From an uncultured delta proteobacterium (GTDB lineage: Bacteria > Desulfobacterota > Desulfuromonadia > Geobacterales > DSM-12255), in the NCBI GenBank assembly GCA_963787125.1, contig CAWBBV010000011.1, forward strand, positions 32,001-96,000: a stretch of DNA of 64,000 nucleotides, given 5' to 3'. Numbering within the stretch: position 1 is the stretch's first letter; each line of letters starts with the position of its first letter. Below, in pieces: positions 21,537 through 32,796 of this stretch. Under the pieces are notes generated by a model. That model searched no databases and was not told the origin of the DNA. It saw nothing but the letters and a program-made list of their open reading frames with translations. A program made the position numbers and the translations under genes.

Positions 21537-23267
21537 TTATTCACCATCCAGCGCCTGCCGCACCTTGGCAGTCAGTTCATCAATCCTGATGGGCTTCTGA
21601 ATGAAACATACCCCTTCTGCCAGGACGCCGTGATGGGCAATGACGTCGGCGTTATAGCCCGACATGAACAGCCGCTTGAGGTGCGGATAAAGCGACAGCA
21701 GGTTTTTCGCCAGATCCCGGCCATTCATCTCCGGCATTATGACGTCGGTCAGGAGCAGCTGGATCTCACCGGCATGCTCTCTGGCCAGACTCATGGCCTT
21801 GCCCGGCGTACTTGCCGCCAGCACCGTGTACCCCTGGTTTTCCAGCATCATCTTCGTTACGTCCAGGACTGTCGGCTCATCCTCCACCAGCAGGATCGTC
21901 TCATGGCCGCGTCTGACCGGCTGTGTCGCTGCTTCAGGCTGAACCTGCCCGCTACTGGCAAAATGGCGGGGCAGATAGATGGTGAAGGTCGTCCCCGCTC
22001 CCGGCGTGCTCTCGACTGTGATGCAGCCATCGTTCTGCTTGATGGCGCCAAAGACCATGGCCAGTCCCAGACCGGTCCCCTTGCCGACCTCTTTGGTGGT
22101 AAAAAACGGTTCAAAGACATGCTCCAGCACCTCCCTGCTCATGCCGCAGCCGTTGTCACGCACCGATATCCGCACGTAGTCGCCGGGCGTTGATCCGATG
22201 TGAGCGGCGCACCAGGTTTTGTCCAGGGTGCAGTTTGCCGTTTCGATGGTCAAGGTGCCGATATCGCTAATGGCATCGCGGGCGTTGACGCAGAGGTTGG
22301 CAAAGATCTGGTCGAGCTGGGACGGGTCGGCTTTGATCGGCCACAAAGCTGCACCCGGCTGCCAGGTGAGCTTAATGTTCTCACCGATGAGCCTCCCAAG
22401 CATATTGTTCATCCCCGCTATGGTTTCATTCAGATCCAGCACCCGGGGAGTTATCATATCCTTGCGGGCAAAGGCCAGCAGTTGGCGGGTAAGGCTGGCG
22501 GAGCGTTCGGCGGCTTTTTTGATTTCAACAAAAGCGGTATAGTTGGGCTGGGACGGCTCCATTTTCATCAACGCCAGTTCCGCGTGGCCGATAATCACCC
22601 CCAGCATGTTGTTGAAGTCGTGGGCCACGCCGCCGGCGAGGCGCCCCACCGCCTCCAGCTTCTGCGCCTGCTGAAGCTGGGCTTCAAACTTTGCCTTCTC
22701 CTCCTCGGCCTGCTTGCGTTCGGTGATGTCTGTCAGGGTGAGCCGGAGCTCGTCGCTGGCAACCAAACTGTCATGCAGCTGCCCCCAGAAAACGGTGTTA
22801 TCAGGCCGTTTCAGCCGCAGTTCACACCCTTGCTCCCTATTTGCCGGCGTTGAACCTGCCTGGAGGTCTTTATCAGAGCGTTTGCGCTGCCGGTAGTAGA
22901 TCTCCTGGTCTTGCGGCAGGATGAAGTCCGTGAACGGTCTGTGCAGCAGATCTTTTCGCGTCACGCCCAACAGGGCAGCTGCCGTGAGATTGGCTTCCCG
23001 GATAATCCCCGCCGGGCTCAGCGTCAGGTAGCCGACCGGCGCCAGATCATACAGCTCAAAGTAGCGGTCTTTTGCCGCCGCCAGATCATGGTGGGTACGG
23101 TGTAACTCTTCATTTTGCATCTCCAGTTCAACCTGATGCACTCGCAGTTCATAAATGAGACGTTCCGTTTCTTCGGGTGAGAGCGGGTGTACCGCCGCAT
23201 CATCACCGCAAACCTTTTCCTCGGCACGCTGGCGAAGTTCCTGTGGTGACGCATCTTTAGCTATCAT
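21537..23267 (-). CDS. PAS hybrid histidine kinase with C-terminal REC
   Basis: ELRVHQVELEMQNEEL coiled coil, PAS, GVAHDFNN, GTGLGL, ETILLVEDE. Confidence 0.93.
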   Translation of the reverse strand: MIAKDASPQELRQRAEEKVCGDDAAVHPLSPEETERLIYELRVHQVELEMQNEELHRTHHDLAAAKDRYFELYDLAPVGYLTLSPAGIIREANLTAAALLGVTRKDLLHRPFTDFILPQDQEIYYRQRKRSDKDLQAGSTPANREQGCELRLKRPDNTVFWGQLHDSLVASDELRLTLTDITERKQAEEEKAKFEAQLQQAQKLEAVGRLAGGVAHDFNNMLGVIIGHAELALMKMEPSQPNYTAFVEIKKAAERSASLTRQLLAFARKDMITPRVLDLNETIAGMNNMLGRLIGENIKLTWQPGAALWPIKADPSQLDQIFANLCVNARDAISDIGTLTIETANCTLDKTWCAAHIGSTPGDYVRISVRDNGCGMSREVLEHVFEPFFTTKEVGKGTGLGLAMVFGAIKQNDGCITVESTPGAGTTFTIYLPRHFASSGQVQPEAATQPVRRGHETILLVEDEPTVLDVTKMMLENQGYTVLAASTPGKAMSLAREHAGEIQLLLTDVIMPEMNGRDLAKNLLSLYPHLKRLFMSGYNADVIAHHGVLAEGVCFIQKPIRIDELTAKVRQALDGE

Positions 23268-23280
23268 TGGAGCACCCTCC

Positions 23281-26200
23281 TTAAACCGCTATCCCTGCCA
23301 GCCTCTCCGTCGTCGCGATCGCATACACCTGACCGGATTCATTCACCAGTGCGGTGGCGGTCAGCCAGATTGCCACGCTGCTGCCATCCTTGGCGATGCG
23401 CCGGGTGCGATACGCCTGCAGCTCATCCTTGTTGAGCAACTGCTGCAGCTGCTGATCATATATTTCCACTTCAGCTTCCGGTAGCAGTTCGTGAATGTTG
23501 CGCTGGAGCGCTTCTGCTTCGCTCCAGCCGTACATCCTGGTTGCCGCCGGATTCCACGCCCGTATCCGGCCATCCAGATCCTGCAGAATAATCGCATCGT
23601 GGGCATCTTTCACCACTGCGGCCAGTCGGCTCTGGTCAAGGGCAAGCTGCAGTCTGGCTTCGTTCTGCTGCAGTTCCAGCTGCACCCTTTGCAATTCTGT
23701 GATGTCCACATGAGCCTTTTTGAGCTCCGTAATGTCCACAAAGGTGATTACCGCCCCCTCGATGACGTTGCTTAAGGTGCGATAGGGGAGAATGCGCATT
23801 GTGTACCAATTTTTAGCCGTAGACTGGACGATGACCTCCTTTGCCACCAGGGTGTCCAGAACTGAGGTGATATCTGCGCTCATCCGGTCATAGCCGACCA
23901 GATTGGAGACAAAGAGCCCCACCGGCCGGCCGACATCACCGGGAATCAGGTTGATAAGCGCGGTTACCTGCGGAGTAAAGCGGACGATATTCAGCTGATG
24001 GTCCACAAAGATAGTGCCGACGCCGGTACCGGCCAACAGGTTGTTCATGTCATTGTTGCTGCGTGACAGTTCGGCAACACTTATCTGCAGTTCATTGTTG
24101 ACCGTAAACAGCTCCTCATTGGTGGACTGCAGCTCCTCCTGTGACGTTACCAGCTCCTCGTTGCTTGATTGCAGCTCTTCATTGACCGACTGCAGCTCTT
24201 CATTGGCGGATTTAAGCTCTTCATTGGAGGCTTCCAGCCCTTGGTTGGCGGCGAGCAGGTCATCTTCCCGGTCACGCAGTTCCTGTTCAAGGACTTCGAT
24301 ATGGGCGTCAGAGATTATCTGCTGCTCGCTGTCTGCCGGCAGATACTCATGGCCGGAGTGTTCAAGCGCTGCTTCCTCCAGGATGGCAAGATAGAGCGAT
24401 TGCTCACCAGTTCTGCCTGCATCGGCAACGGTCGGACGAATGGTAAGATTCACCCGGGTATAATGGCCGTTTGTTTTCACGTTGAGATCAGGGCAGTGCA
24501 CCACCTCTTTGGTGGCGACAGCCTTGCGCAGCGATGTTGCCAGCCCGCGCCGCAACCCCTCGCGTGCCATCTTGAGGACGTTGCTGATACCGGCTTCACC
24601 CGGCGCCGGTTCCAGATACATCCCGGTGCGGCCGTGCAGATAAAGGATGTCGCCTTTACCGGTGACGAGGGCAGCTGCCTGCCCCACCTGTTGCAGCAGC
24701 GTCTGTTCGGTCAACTCGCGCAACGGCATTTGGGGGCGGGGTACGGCTTTAAAGCAGGGGTGCGGGGGGACAATGTCAGCACTGAACGGGGTCTGGATAA
24801 ACTGGGCTAGCGCCGTGCGGCGAGCACCACTTACATCATCTTTGCGCCGAAACAGCTTTGCCTTGCGATCCAGCGGGGCAAACAGAAAACCGAATTCACC
24901 TTCTGTTTCCGAGGTGCCGAGAAAAAGAAACCCGCCCGGATTGAGGGCGTAGTGGAACAGGGGGATGATTTTTTTCTGCAGATCGCTATCCATATAAATC
25001 AGCAGGTTACGGCAACCGACCAGGTCAATCTTGGAGAAAGGGGGATCTTTGACAATATCCTGTGCGGAAAAAATCATCATGTCGCGAATGATTTTGTTAA
25101 TGCGGTAGCTGTTGCTATCCGGCTCAAAGGTAAAGAAACGCGCCAGCCGTTCCGCGGTCAGGTCGGCGGCGATGCTGGCCGGATACACCCCGGCGCGGGC
25201 GGTGGCAATCGCCTGGCGATCAATGTCAGTGGCAAATACCTGTAGTGAGTAGGTCTGTTTGAGCGTCTCCATCCGTTCCTGCAGCAGCATGGCGATGGAG
25301 TAGGCCTCCTCGCCGCTGGAGCAGCCTACCGACCAGACACGCACCGGCGTGCCTGGCACTTTATCGGCAAACAGCTTCGGGATGACCTTTTCCTCCAAAG
25401 CTTTGAACGTTTCCGGGTCACGGAAGAAATTAGTCACGCCGATCAAAAGATCACCGAAAAGCGCTTCCACCTCAACCGGGTACTGCTGGAGATATTTGAC
25501 ATACTGATCGAAACTTTCCAGCTGATGGACGGACATGCGCCTCTCGATGCGGCGCTCAATCGTGCTCAGCTTGTACTGGGAAAAGTCGTGGCCGGTCTGG
25601 GCACGCAAAAGGACAAAGATCTTTTTCAGCAGACTTTCGGACTTTGGTACCGACATGGCGGCGGAGCGTGCCTGCTTGACCGCCGGCTGCGCAGTACAGG
25701 CAATCAGGCGGGCAGGCATCTCATCCGCCGGCAGGATGTAATCCACCAGGCCGCTGGCTATGGCGCTACATGGCATGCCGTCATATTCAGCGGTTTCGGG
25801 GCGTTGCACCAGGACCGTGCCCCCTGCGACTTTGATCTCCCGCAGCCCAAGAGCGCCATCGCTGCCGGTGCCGGAAAGGACGATACAGATCGCCCGCTCG
25901 TGCTGATCCTGAGCCAGGGAGCGGAAGAAAAAATCTATCGGCTGCCGGTGTCCGCGCACGTCGACCGGCTCCAGCAGTTGCAGCGTACCATCCAACAGCG
26001 CCATGTCCTTGCCGGGCGGAATGATGTAGACATGGTCAGGTTCTACGACAACACCGTCGGTCACCTCAAGAACGTGCATACTGGTGTAGCGCTGTACCAG
26101 AGTGGCCAGAATACTGATGAAATCAGGCGCCAGATGCTGCACCAGGACAAAGGCCATGCCCAGCCCCTTTTTTGCAGGAAACCCTGAAAAAAAAGCTTCA

Positions 26201-26313
26201 AAAGCAGCCAGACCGCCGGCAGAAGCGCCGATGCCGACGATGGGGAAAGGGGCGGTGCCCGGCGTGCCGGCTGCTTTTGAATTCACGACCGGCTTCTTTT
26301 TTCTGGCTGTCAT
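23281..26313 (-). CDS. CheB/CheR fusion protein with coiled coil and PAS domains
   Basis: GASAGG, VQHL, SGTGSDG (CheB); GVTNFFRD, GCSSGEEAYS, CRNLLIY (CheR); NEELQS heptads. Confidence 0.93.
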   Translation of the reverse strand: MTARKKKPVVNSKAAGTPGTAPFPIVGIGASAGGLAAFEAFFSGFPAKKGLGMAFVLVQHLAPDFISILATLVQRYTSMHVLEVTDGVVVEPDHVYIIPPGKDMALLDGTLQLLEPVDVRGHRQPIDFFFRSLAQDQHERAICIVLSGTGSDGALGLREIKVAGGTVLVQRPETAEYDGMPCSAIASGLVDYILPADEMPARLIACTAQPAVKQARSAAMSVPKSESLLKKIFVLLRAQTGHDFSQYKLSTIERRIERRMSVHQLESFDQYVKYLQQYPVEVEALFGDLLIGVTNFFRDPETFKALEEKVIPKLFADKVPGTPVRVWSVGCSSGEEAYSIAMLLQERMETLKQTYSLQVFATDIDRQAIATARAGVYPASIAADLTAERLARFFTFEPDSNSYRINKIIRDMMIFSAQDIVKDPPFSKIDLVGCRNLLIYMDSDLQKKIIPLFHYALNPGGFLFLGTSETEGEFGFLFAPLDRKAKLFRRKDDVSGARRTALAQFIQTPFSADIVPPHPCFKAVPRPQMPLRELTEQTLLQQVGQAAALVTGKGDILYLHGRTGMYLEPAPGEAGISNVLKMAREGLRRGLATSLRKAVATKEVVHCPDLNVKTNGHYTRVNLTIRPTVADAGRTGEQSLYLAILEEAALEHSGHEYLPADSEQQIISDAHIEVLEQELRDREDDLLAANQGLEASNEELKSANEELQSVNEELQSSNEELVTSQEELQSTNEELFTVNNELQISVAELSRSNNDMNNLLAGTGVGTIFVDHQLNIVRFTPQVTALINLIPGDVGRPVGLFVSNLVGYDRMSADITSVLDTLVAKEVIVQSTAKNWYTMRILPYRTLSNVIEGAVITFVDITELKKAHVDITELQRVQLELQQNEARLQLALDQSRLAAVVKDAHDAIILQDLDGRIRAWNPAATRMYGWSEAEALQRNIHELLPEAEVEIYDQQLQQLLNKDELQAYRTRRIAKDGSSVAIWLTATALVNESGQVYAIATTERLAGIAV

Positions 26314-26434
26314 CTGGTTCTCCCGGACAAAATTTATGCACCTAACTATAACGAAATTTTAGAAGATTGCAATAATTGACCCGACAGTCAATCCCAGGCT
26401 AAAGTTCGTGTAATCATTTTTGCAGGGGTACACG

Positions 26435-26470
26435 CAAAAGGGGCGACCGCTACGGCGGTCGCCCCTTTTG
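26435..26470 (-). terminator. Intrinsic terminator of htpG
   Basis: CAAAAGGGGCGACCGC-tacg-GCGGTCGCCCCTTTTG. Confidence 0.9.
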
Positions 26471-26493
26471 TACGTTGAGCAGCAAATTTTCCT

Positions 26494-28422
26494 TTACCCT
26501 GCCTTCACCATCAATTCCGAAATCAGCTTGGTAAACTTCAGCGGGTTTTTGATCGGCGACCCTTCGGTCAGCAGTGCCTGATCCAGAAGCAGTTCGCAGT
26601 AATCCGCCAGTTTCGGATCGGCCTTGTCGGCCGCATACATTTTGCCCAGCACCTGCATGATCGGGTGAGCCGGGTTCAGCTCCAGAATCCGCTTTGATTC
26701 CGGCACGGACTGATTCATTGCCTTCATGATCCGTTCCATGTTGGCATTCATGCCGTACTCATCGGCAACCAGGCAGCAGGCGCTCTCGGTGAGACGGCTG
26801 GAGAGACGCACCTCCTTGACGCTGGCGGCAAGGTTTTCCTGGATAAATTCAAGTACCTCTTTGTACTGTTCCTGAGTCTCTTTTTTCTGCTCTTCCTTGG
26901 CTTTTTTCTCGTCTTCGCTGTCGAGTTCCACATCGCCGCGGTCAACCGCTTTGAGCTTTTTGCCGTCGTACTCGCTCAGAGCCTGTACCACCCACTCGTC
27001 CACCGGATCGGTAAGGAAAAGAACTTCATACCCTTTACTGCGGAAACCCTCAAGATGGGGCGAATTCACTACCATTTCACGGCTGGTACCGGTGATGAAG
27101 TAAATCTCTTTCTGCCCTTCCGGCATCCTGGCGACATACTCCTTCAAAGATACCGGCTTGCCCGGCTCACTGGTCGAGCTTTCAAAAAGGACCAGTTCCT
27201 GGAGTTTTTCCTTATTGGCGTAGTCGAAATGGAGCCCCTCTTTCAGCACCGGCCCAAACTCATTCCAGAACTTGAGATACGCCTCAAACTCTTTCTCCTT
27301 GATCTCTGCCAGGGTGGAGAGAGTCTTGTTTACCAGGTTCTTCTGGATTCTTTTGATCTGGACATCTTCCTGCAGAATTTCGCGGGAGACATTCAGCGGC
27401 AGATCGCTGGAATCCACCACCCCTTTGACGAAGCGGAGATAATCCGGCAGCAGCGCTTCACAGTTATCGGTGATGAAAACCCGCTTTACATAAAGATGCA
27501 CACCCTTTTTCCGGTCCTGGGAGAAAAGGTCGAACGGCTTGTGGGCGGGGAGATAGATGATCGCCTTGAACTCGCTGGCACCTTCGGCAGCATAGTGAAT
27601 CTGGCGGAACGGCTTTTCAAAGTCGTGGGAGATATGTTTGTAGAACTCCTCGTACTCTTCGTCCGTAATCTCGCTTTTGGGGCGGGTCCAGATGGCTTTC
27701 ATGGAGTTGAGCGTCTCTTCCGTGGTTTTCTCGATGTCGCCGGCACCTTCGATAACCTTGCCGTCAACCCCTTTGACCGGCTCTGTCCGGGTGATATCCA
27801 TAACGATGGGGTACTGGACATAATCCGAGTATTTCTTGATGATCGAACGGATCTTCCATTCGTCGAGATACTCTTTCATCTCCTCTTTCAGGTGGAGGAC
27901 AATCTCGGTCCCCCGGGTAGCCTTGTCGCACTCTTCAACCGTATAGGTACCGTCGCCGCTGGATTCCCATGAACAGCCGGCAGACGTGTTGCCGGCCTTG
28001 CGGGTGGTCAGGGTGACCCGGTCGGCAATCATGAAGGACGAGTAAAAGCCGACGCCGAACTGACCGATAAGCTCGGGATTGTTGCTCTCTTTCGCTTCTT
28101 TGAGCGCATCCATGAAAGCTTTGGTGCCGGAACGGGCGATGGTGCCGATATTCTCCTCGACATCCCCGATCCCCATGCCGATGCCGTTGTCTGTAATAGT
28201 TAGAGTGCCGGCGGTTTTGTCCGGAACGATCTTTATTTTCCAGTCGCTGTTCCCTTCAAGCAGGGCCTCGTTTGAATGGGCTTCATAGCGAACTTTGTCG
28301 ATTGCGTCAGAGGCGTTGGAGACAAGTTCCCGCAGAAAGATGTCCTTGTTCGAGTAGAGGGAGTGTATGACGAGGTCAAGCAGTTTCTGGACCTCGGTCT
28401 GGAAAGGTTTTGTTGTTTTCAT
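26494..28422 (-). CDS. htpG: Chaperone HtpG (Hsp90)
   Basis: [40 protein letters not shown]. Confidence 0.98.
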   Translation of the reverse strand: MKTTKPFQTEVQKLLDLVIHSLYSNKDIFLRELVSNASDAIDKVRYEAHSNEALLEGNSDWKIKIVPDKTAGTLTITDNGIGMGIGDVEENIGTIARSGTKAFMDALKEAKESNNPELIGQFGVGFYSSFMIADRVTLTTRKAGNTSAGCSWESSGDGTYTVEECDKATRGTEIVLHLKEEMKEYLDEWKIRSIIKKYSDYVQYPIVMDITRTEPVKGVDGKVIEGAGDIEKTTEETLNSMKAIWTRPKSEITDEEYEEFYKHISHDFEKPFRQIHYAAEGASEFKAIIYLPAHKPFDLFSQDRKKGVHLYVKRVFITDNCEALLPDYLRFVKGVVDSSDLPLNVSREILQEDVQIKRIQKNLVNKTLSTLAEIKEKEFEAYLKFWNEFGPVLKEGLHFDYANKEKLQELVLFESSTSEPGKPVSLKEYVARMPEGQKEIYFITGTSREMVVNSPHLEGFRSKGYEVLFLTDPVDEWVVQALSEYDGKKLKAVDRGDVELDSEDEKKAKEEQKKETQEQYKEVLEFIQENLAASVKEVRLSSRLTESACCLVADEYGMNANMERIMKAMNQSVPESKRILELNPAHPIMQVLGKMYAADKADPKLADYCELLLDQALLTEGSPIKNPLKFTKLISELMVKAG

Positions 28423-28670
28423 GGTACGCCATTCTCCTTTTAAAAATTAGATCTGAACTGCCTGAACCTAATCACTCTTCTCGCTGTTTTCAAGCCTTAA
28501 TGCTGAAAAAATTCGTAAAAAACCGCAAATTAGAGTTTGTTAGAAAAACATTTCATGATAATATTGCCCAGCCCTGATAAGCAGGATAAGTGGATTAAAG
28601 CAGCTGCTTTCTGCCTGACACAGGCCTGAACCAACTGCTAACTTACTAATTTCAGGGGCCAGGGGAGTCG

Positions 28671-30917
28671 ATGAAAAGACAGTTCAACATACGCAGAACC
28701 CTGATTCTCAGCGTCTCGATATTGACATTGCTCCCCATGGTTAGCGCAATGATCATCTCTTTAGTGATGTTTCACCATGAGACAACTGTCCGGATTCGCA
28801 TGGACAATCTCAAGGTGGCTCAGACCGTTGAATCCGCGGTGGAGCTTTTTATCACCAGACCGGTGGTGATGCTGAAACATATCAAGGAGGAGGTGGCTGA
28901 GCATCCCGACAAAGATGTAGCTTATTTGAGATCCGTTGCCAACCGGGTACTTGAGGCTGATCCGCTGTTTGAATCGGTCATGTTTGTTGACCCCCAGGGG
29001 GCTCTGATCGCGATAGCCGGTGATTATGTTGTGCCGGCGAAAAGCCGGGCGCTAAAGCAAAATTTTTCTACTTCAGCATTTTTCAAGCAGCTTAAAAGTA
29101 CCGGCCACACGGCGTGGTCTGAACCTTTTGTTTCTCTTAAAACCGGTGAATCTGTTATTTCCGTAGCCTCGCCCTGGAATGGCGGCATGATAACTGCCAC
29201 CATGAACCTGTCCTATTTCAGCAGACTGGTGGAGCCGACCAAAACATCATTGAACGCTTATGCCTTTATTGTCAGCCCTGCCGGTCGCCTCATCGCCCAT
29301 CCCGACAAGTCACTGCTGGGTGAACAGGAAACGTTCATCTCTTTGCCACAGATCCTCGCCGGCTTTCAGGGGACCAGCGGCACGTACTCTTTCCGGCTGG
29401 CATCCAGGGATGTCATTGGCACTGTCTTGCCGTTCAAGCAGAACGACTGGGTGATAGTCTCGGTTCACGACAAAGAACGGGCCTTCGCCTCTCTTTACCG
29501 GATGGAGTGCCTTTTAGGGCTTTTGACAGTTGTCGTTCTGGCAGGAGCTCTCTTCTACTCTTTCCGGCGGGTCAACTCCATCACTGCGCCAATACTGGCG
29601 CTATCAGATTCCACCCGTAAAATCGCCTCCGGCGAGCAGAGCATAGAATCGCTGAAACCTACCCCCTACAGTGAGATTCACGAACTGTATGAAAGTTTCC
29701 AGACAATGGCAACTGCGGTAGTTGAACGGGAGAGAGATCTCCAGGAGCGCAACGAAGAGCTGGCAATGACCGAGGAGGAGCTGCGGAGCCAGGTTGAAGA
29801 GTATCTGAAAACCTACGATGCCCTGGTTTCGGAAAAGGTAAAACTTGAATCAATTCTCGCCAGCATGGGCGAAGGCCTCAGTATCCAGGACAGAGAATAC
29901 CGGGTCATTCTCCAGAATCTGGCACACCGAAATCTAAGCGGCGATTCGATTGGCAAGAAGTGCTACACAGTTTTCGATCACGACAACGTCATCTGCCCTG
30001 ACTGCCCAATGAAGCTTGCCTTTGAAGATGGCAAAACCCACCAGGCCCTCCGGCAGGTAAAAAAAGAGGGCCGCGAACTCTTTCTCGAAATCACCGCTTC
30101 GCCACTGCGCAACGCAGCAGGGGAGATTACCGGCGGGATAGAACTTGTTCGCGATGTCACCAGCAGGGTTCTGGCTGATCAGGAGATCAGGCGCCTGAAT
30201 CTGGAACTGGAGGAGAGGGTCGTCGAACGGACTGCTGAGCTTGAGATTGCCAATAAGGAGCTGGAATCCTTCAGCTACTCGGTTTCCCACGACCTGCGCG
30301 CACCTATCCGCCATATCAGCAGCTTCACCAGCATCCTTGAAAGCGATTATTCCTCACAGCTTGACAAAGACGGCAAGTACTATCTATCCAGAATAATTGC
30401 CGGTTGCAACAAAATGGGGATGCTGATAGATGACCTGCTTGAACTCTCCCATGTTTCCAGTGGAGAGCTGAAAACCGGCAGGGTCAACCTGTCCAGAATA
30501 GTGCAGAGTATTGCCGCAACCATGATCGAGAGCGAACCGGAACGAAAAGTCAATTTCAATGTCGCAGAAGGGCTTGAGGTCAACGGCGATGGTCGCCTCC
30601 TGGAAGTAATGCTGAACAATCTCTTGAATAATGCCTGGAAGTACTCTTCCCAAAAGGATGAAGCAGTTATCGAATTCGGCTGCGACACTATTGCCGCCAG
30701 ACCCGTCTACTTCATAAAAGACAACGGCGCCGGCTTCGACAAGAATTATGCCGGCAATATGTTTGCGCCGTTTCACCGGTTGCACAGCGTTGAGTTTGAG
30801 GGGACGGGAATAGGTCTCGCCATTGTTCAGAGAATCGTTCATCGCCATGGCGGCAAGATCTGGGCTGACTCGGTGGTGGGTGAAGGGGCAACTTTCTTCT
30901 TCACGCTGAAGAGTTAA
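28671..30917 (+). CDS. Membrane sensor histidine kinase (Cache-HAMP-PAS-HisKA-HATPase)
   Basis: Two TM segments, YAFIV...LIAHPD Cache motif, SHDLRAP H-box, DNGAGF, GTGIGL. Confidence 0.92.
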   Translation: MKRQFNIRRTLILSVSILTLLPMVSAMIISLVMFHHETTVRIRMDNLKVAQTVESAVELFITRPVVMLKHIKEEVAEHPDKDVAYLRSVANRVLEADPLFESVMFVDPQGALIAIAGDYVVPAKSRALKQNFSTSAFFKQLKSTGHTAWSEPFVSLKTGESVISVASPWNGGMITATMNLSYFSRLVEPTKTSLNAYAFIVSPAGRLIAHPDKSLLGEQETFISLPQILAGFQGTSGTYSFRLASRDVIGTVLPFKQNDWVIVSVHDKERAFASLYRMECLLGLLTVVVLAGALFYSFRRVNSITAPILALSDSTRKIASGEQSIESLKPTPYSEIHELYESFQTMATAVVERERDLQERNEELAMTEEELRSQVEEYLKTYDALVSEKVKLESILASMGEGLSIQDREYRVILQNLAHRNLSGDSIGKKCYTVFDHDNVICPDCPMKLAFEDGKTHQALRQVKKEGRELFLEITASPLRNAAGEITGGIELVRDVTSRVLADQEIRRLNLELEERVVERTAELEIANKELESFSYSVSHDLRAPIRHISSFTSILESDYSSQLDKDGKYYLSRIIAGCNKMGMLIDDLLELSHVSSGELKTGRVNLSRIVQSIAATMIESEPERKVNFNVAEGLEVNGDGRLLEVMLNNLLNNAWKYSSQKDEAVIEFGCDTIAARPVYFIKDNGAGFDKNYAGNMFAPFHRLHSVEFEGTGIGLAIVQRIVHRHGGKIWADSVVGEGATFFFTLKS

Positions 30918-30981
30918 TGAGATATTGTCACAAACCTCTCCCTGTGCTAGTTTTATCTGAATTTTCTCCCCTGGAGACCCG

Positions 30982-32460
30982 ATGTATTTCCCTGACATAA
31001 AAACATTCACAACTCTGGCCACAAAAGGGAACCTTATTCCCGTCTACCGTGAAATCATGGCCGACATGGACACCCCGGTGACTGCCTTCAAAAAGATCGA
31101 TGATGGCGCCTACTCATTTCTCCTCGAAAGTATCGAAGGTGGCGAAAAGTGGGGCCGGTATACCTTTCTCGGCGCCTCCCCCGCCGTTGTCATTCGCTCC
31201 CGCGGAGAACTTGTCGAAATCCTGAAGAGCGGCGAAGCACCGCTCGCGACCGTCACAAAAGATCCCCTTGGTGCTGTCAGGGATTATCTTGCCCGCTTTC
31301 AGCCGGTTGAGGTTGCAGGGTTGCCACGATTCTTCGGTGGCGCGGTTGGCTATCTCGGCTACGACATGGTGCGCTTCTTCGAGGATCTGGACAGCACTAA
31401 ACCTGCCGAAATAGGTTCATGGGACTCCTGCTTCCTTATTACCGATACGCTGCTCATTTTTGACACTGTTCGCCAGAAGATAATGGTGGTTGCCAACGCC
31501 CATCTGGACGGCTTGTCCCCTGAAGACGCTTATGCACAGGCGCTGGCCAGCATTGACGCACTGATAGCCCGCTTGAAGGGCCCCTTGCCACCGACTCCCC
31601 GGGCAATGCCGGCCAAAAACAGGATATCGCTGCAGTCAAACATGGAGCGGAGCGCTTTTGAGGCTGCGGTCGAAAGAGCCAAAGAGTATGTCAGAAGTGG
31701 CGATATCATTCAGATTGTTCTCTCCCAGCGGTTTTCCGGCGAACTGACAGTCGAACCGCTTGATATCTACCGGGTGCTCCGCACACTCAACCCCTCGCCT
31801 TACATGTTTTTCCTGCGAATGGACGACACTCTTGTGGTAGGAGCTTCACCGGAAGTGATGGTACGCAAAGAGGGTGAGCGCGTTGAACTGCGGCCGATTG
31901 CCGGCACCAGACCGCGTGGGGAGACTCCGGAAGAGGATCTGCACCTGGAAAAGGAGCTTTTGGCAGACCCTAAAGAGCGCGCCGAACATGTCATGCTGGT
32001 CGATCTGGGCAGAAATGATTTAGGCCGGGTCTGCAAGACCGGCACAGTCAGGGTGTCGGAGCTGATGACGGTCGAGCGCTATTCCCATGTCATGCATATT
32101 GTTTCTAACGTACAGGGGGAGATCGCCGGTGGCAGGGACGCCTTTGATCTGGTAAGAGCGACCTTTCCGGCCGGAACCCTTTCAGGGGCGCCAAAAGTCA
32201 GGGCAATGGCGATAATCGACGAACTTGAACCTTGCCGCCGGGAGATTTACGGCGGTGCGGTCGGCTATTTCTCTTTTTCCGGCAATATGGATCTGGCAAT
32301 TGCCATCAGAACCCTGGTCATCAAAGATGGCAAAATCCATCTCCAGGCGGGGGCAGGCATTGTTGCCGACTCCGATCCTGCCAGCGAATACCAGGAAACC
32401 GTCAACAAGGCAATGGCGGTGGTAAAGGCGATAGAGGCCGCTGAGCGAGGACTTGACTAG
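30982..32460 (+). CDS. trpE: Anthranilate synthase component I
   Basis: LLES, NPSPYM, RPIAGT, EHVMLVDLGRND, FPAGTLSGAPK, QAGAGIVADS. Confidence 0.97.
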   Translation: MYFPDIKTFTTLATKGNLIPVYREIMADMDTPVTAFKKIDDGAYSFLLESIEGGEKWGRYTFLGASPAVVIRSRGELVEILKSGEAPLATVTKDPLGAVRDYLARFQPVEVAGLPRFFGGAVGYLGYDMVRFFEDLDSTKPAEIGSWDSCFLITDTLLIFDTVRQKIMVVANAHLDGLSPEDAYAQALASIDALIARLKGPLPPTPRAMPAKNRISLQSNMERSAFEAAVERAKEYVRSGDIIQIVLSQRFSGELTVEPLDIYRVLRTLNPSPYMFFLRMDDTLVVGASPEVMVRKEGERVELRPIAGTRPRGETPEEDLHLEKELLADPKERAEHVMLVDLGRNDLGRVCKTGTVRVSELMTVERYSHVMHIVSNVQGEIAGGRDAFDLVRATFPAGTLSGAPKVRAMAIIDELEPCRREIYGGAVGYFSFSGNMDLAIAIRTLVIKDGKIHLQAGAGIVADSDPASEYQETVNKAMAVVKAIEAAERGLD

Positions 32461-32519
32461 TTGGGTAAAAGCTGCCAGGTCAGAGTCAACTTTTAATTTG
32501 TGCGACATATGTTTCATTT

Positions 32520-32703
32520 TAGGGGGTTGGAACTTACCGATGTACCAGTTTTACGCTCAGATTTAGGTCAGATTTGTCGTTCCTGATTGAGCAAAACCGC
32601 AGGCGTAGCACGGCTACGCTGAGGATTTTGTGATTGAAGGGGCGGCAAAGATGGCCTGAAGATGAGATGTAAAACGGTATATCGGTAGGGTCCGAGCCCC
32701 TTA
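32520..32703. mobile_element. ~180-nt long imperfect hairpin, MITE-like element
   Basis: Nested complementary arms around the central GCGTAGC-acg-GCTACGC; TA dinucleotide at both ends. Confidence 0.6.
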
Positions 32704-32796
32704 TAGCAGCCGGGAGCCTGACAGGTGTCCGGCTGTTTTACTATTCGACCAGAAATTTATACACAAGTTGCTGATGACAAATGGGGAAAGACTATC

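Noticed and set aside
28465..28494. Sigma32 promoter or CIRCE upstream of htpG
   Set aside because: CTTGAAA (-35-like) and one CIRCE-like half (GAGTGATTA) are present on the minus strand, but there is no CCCCAT -10 and no second half-site.
30918..30981. trp attenuator or leader peptide before trpE
   Set aside because: Only ~64 nt intergenic, with no Trp-codon leader or T-box motif.
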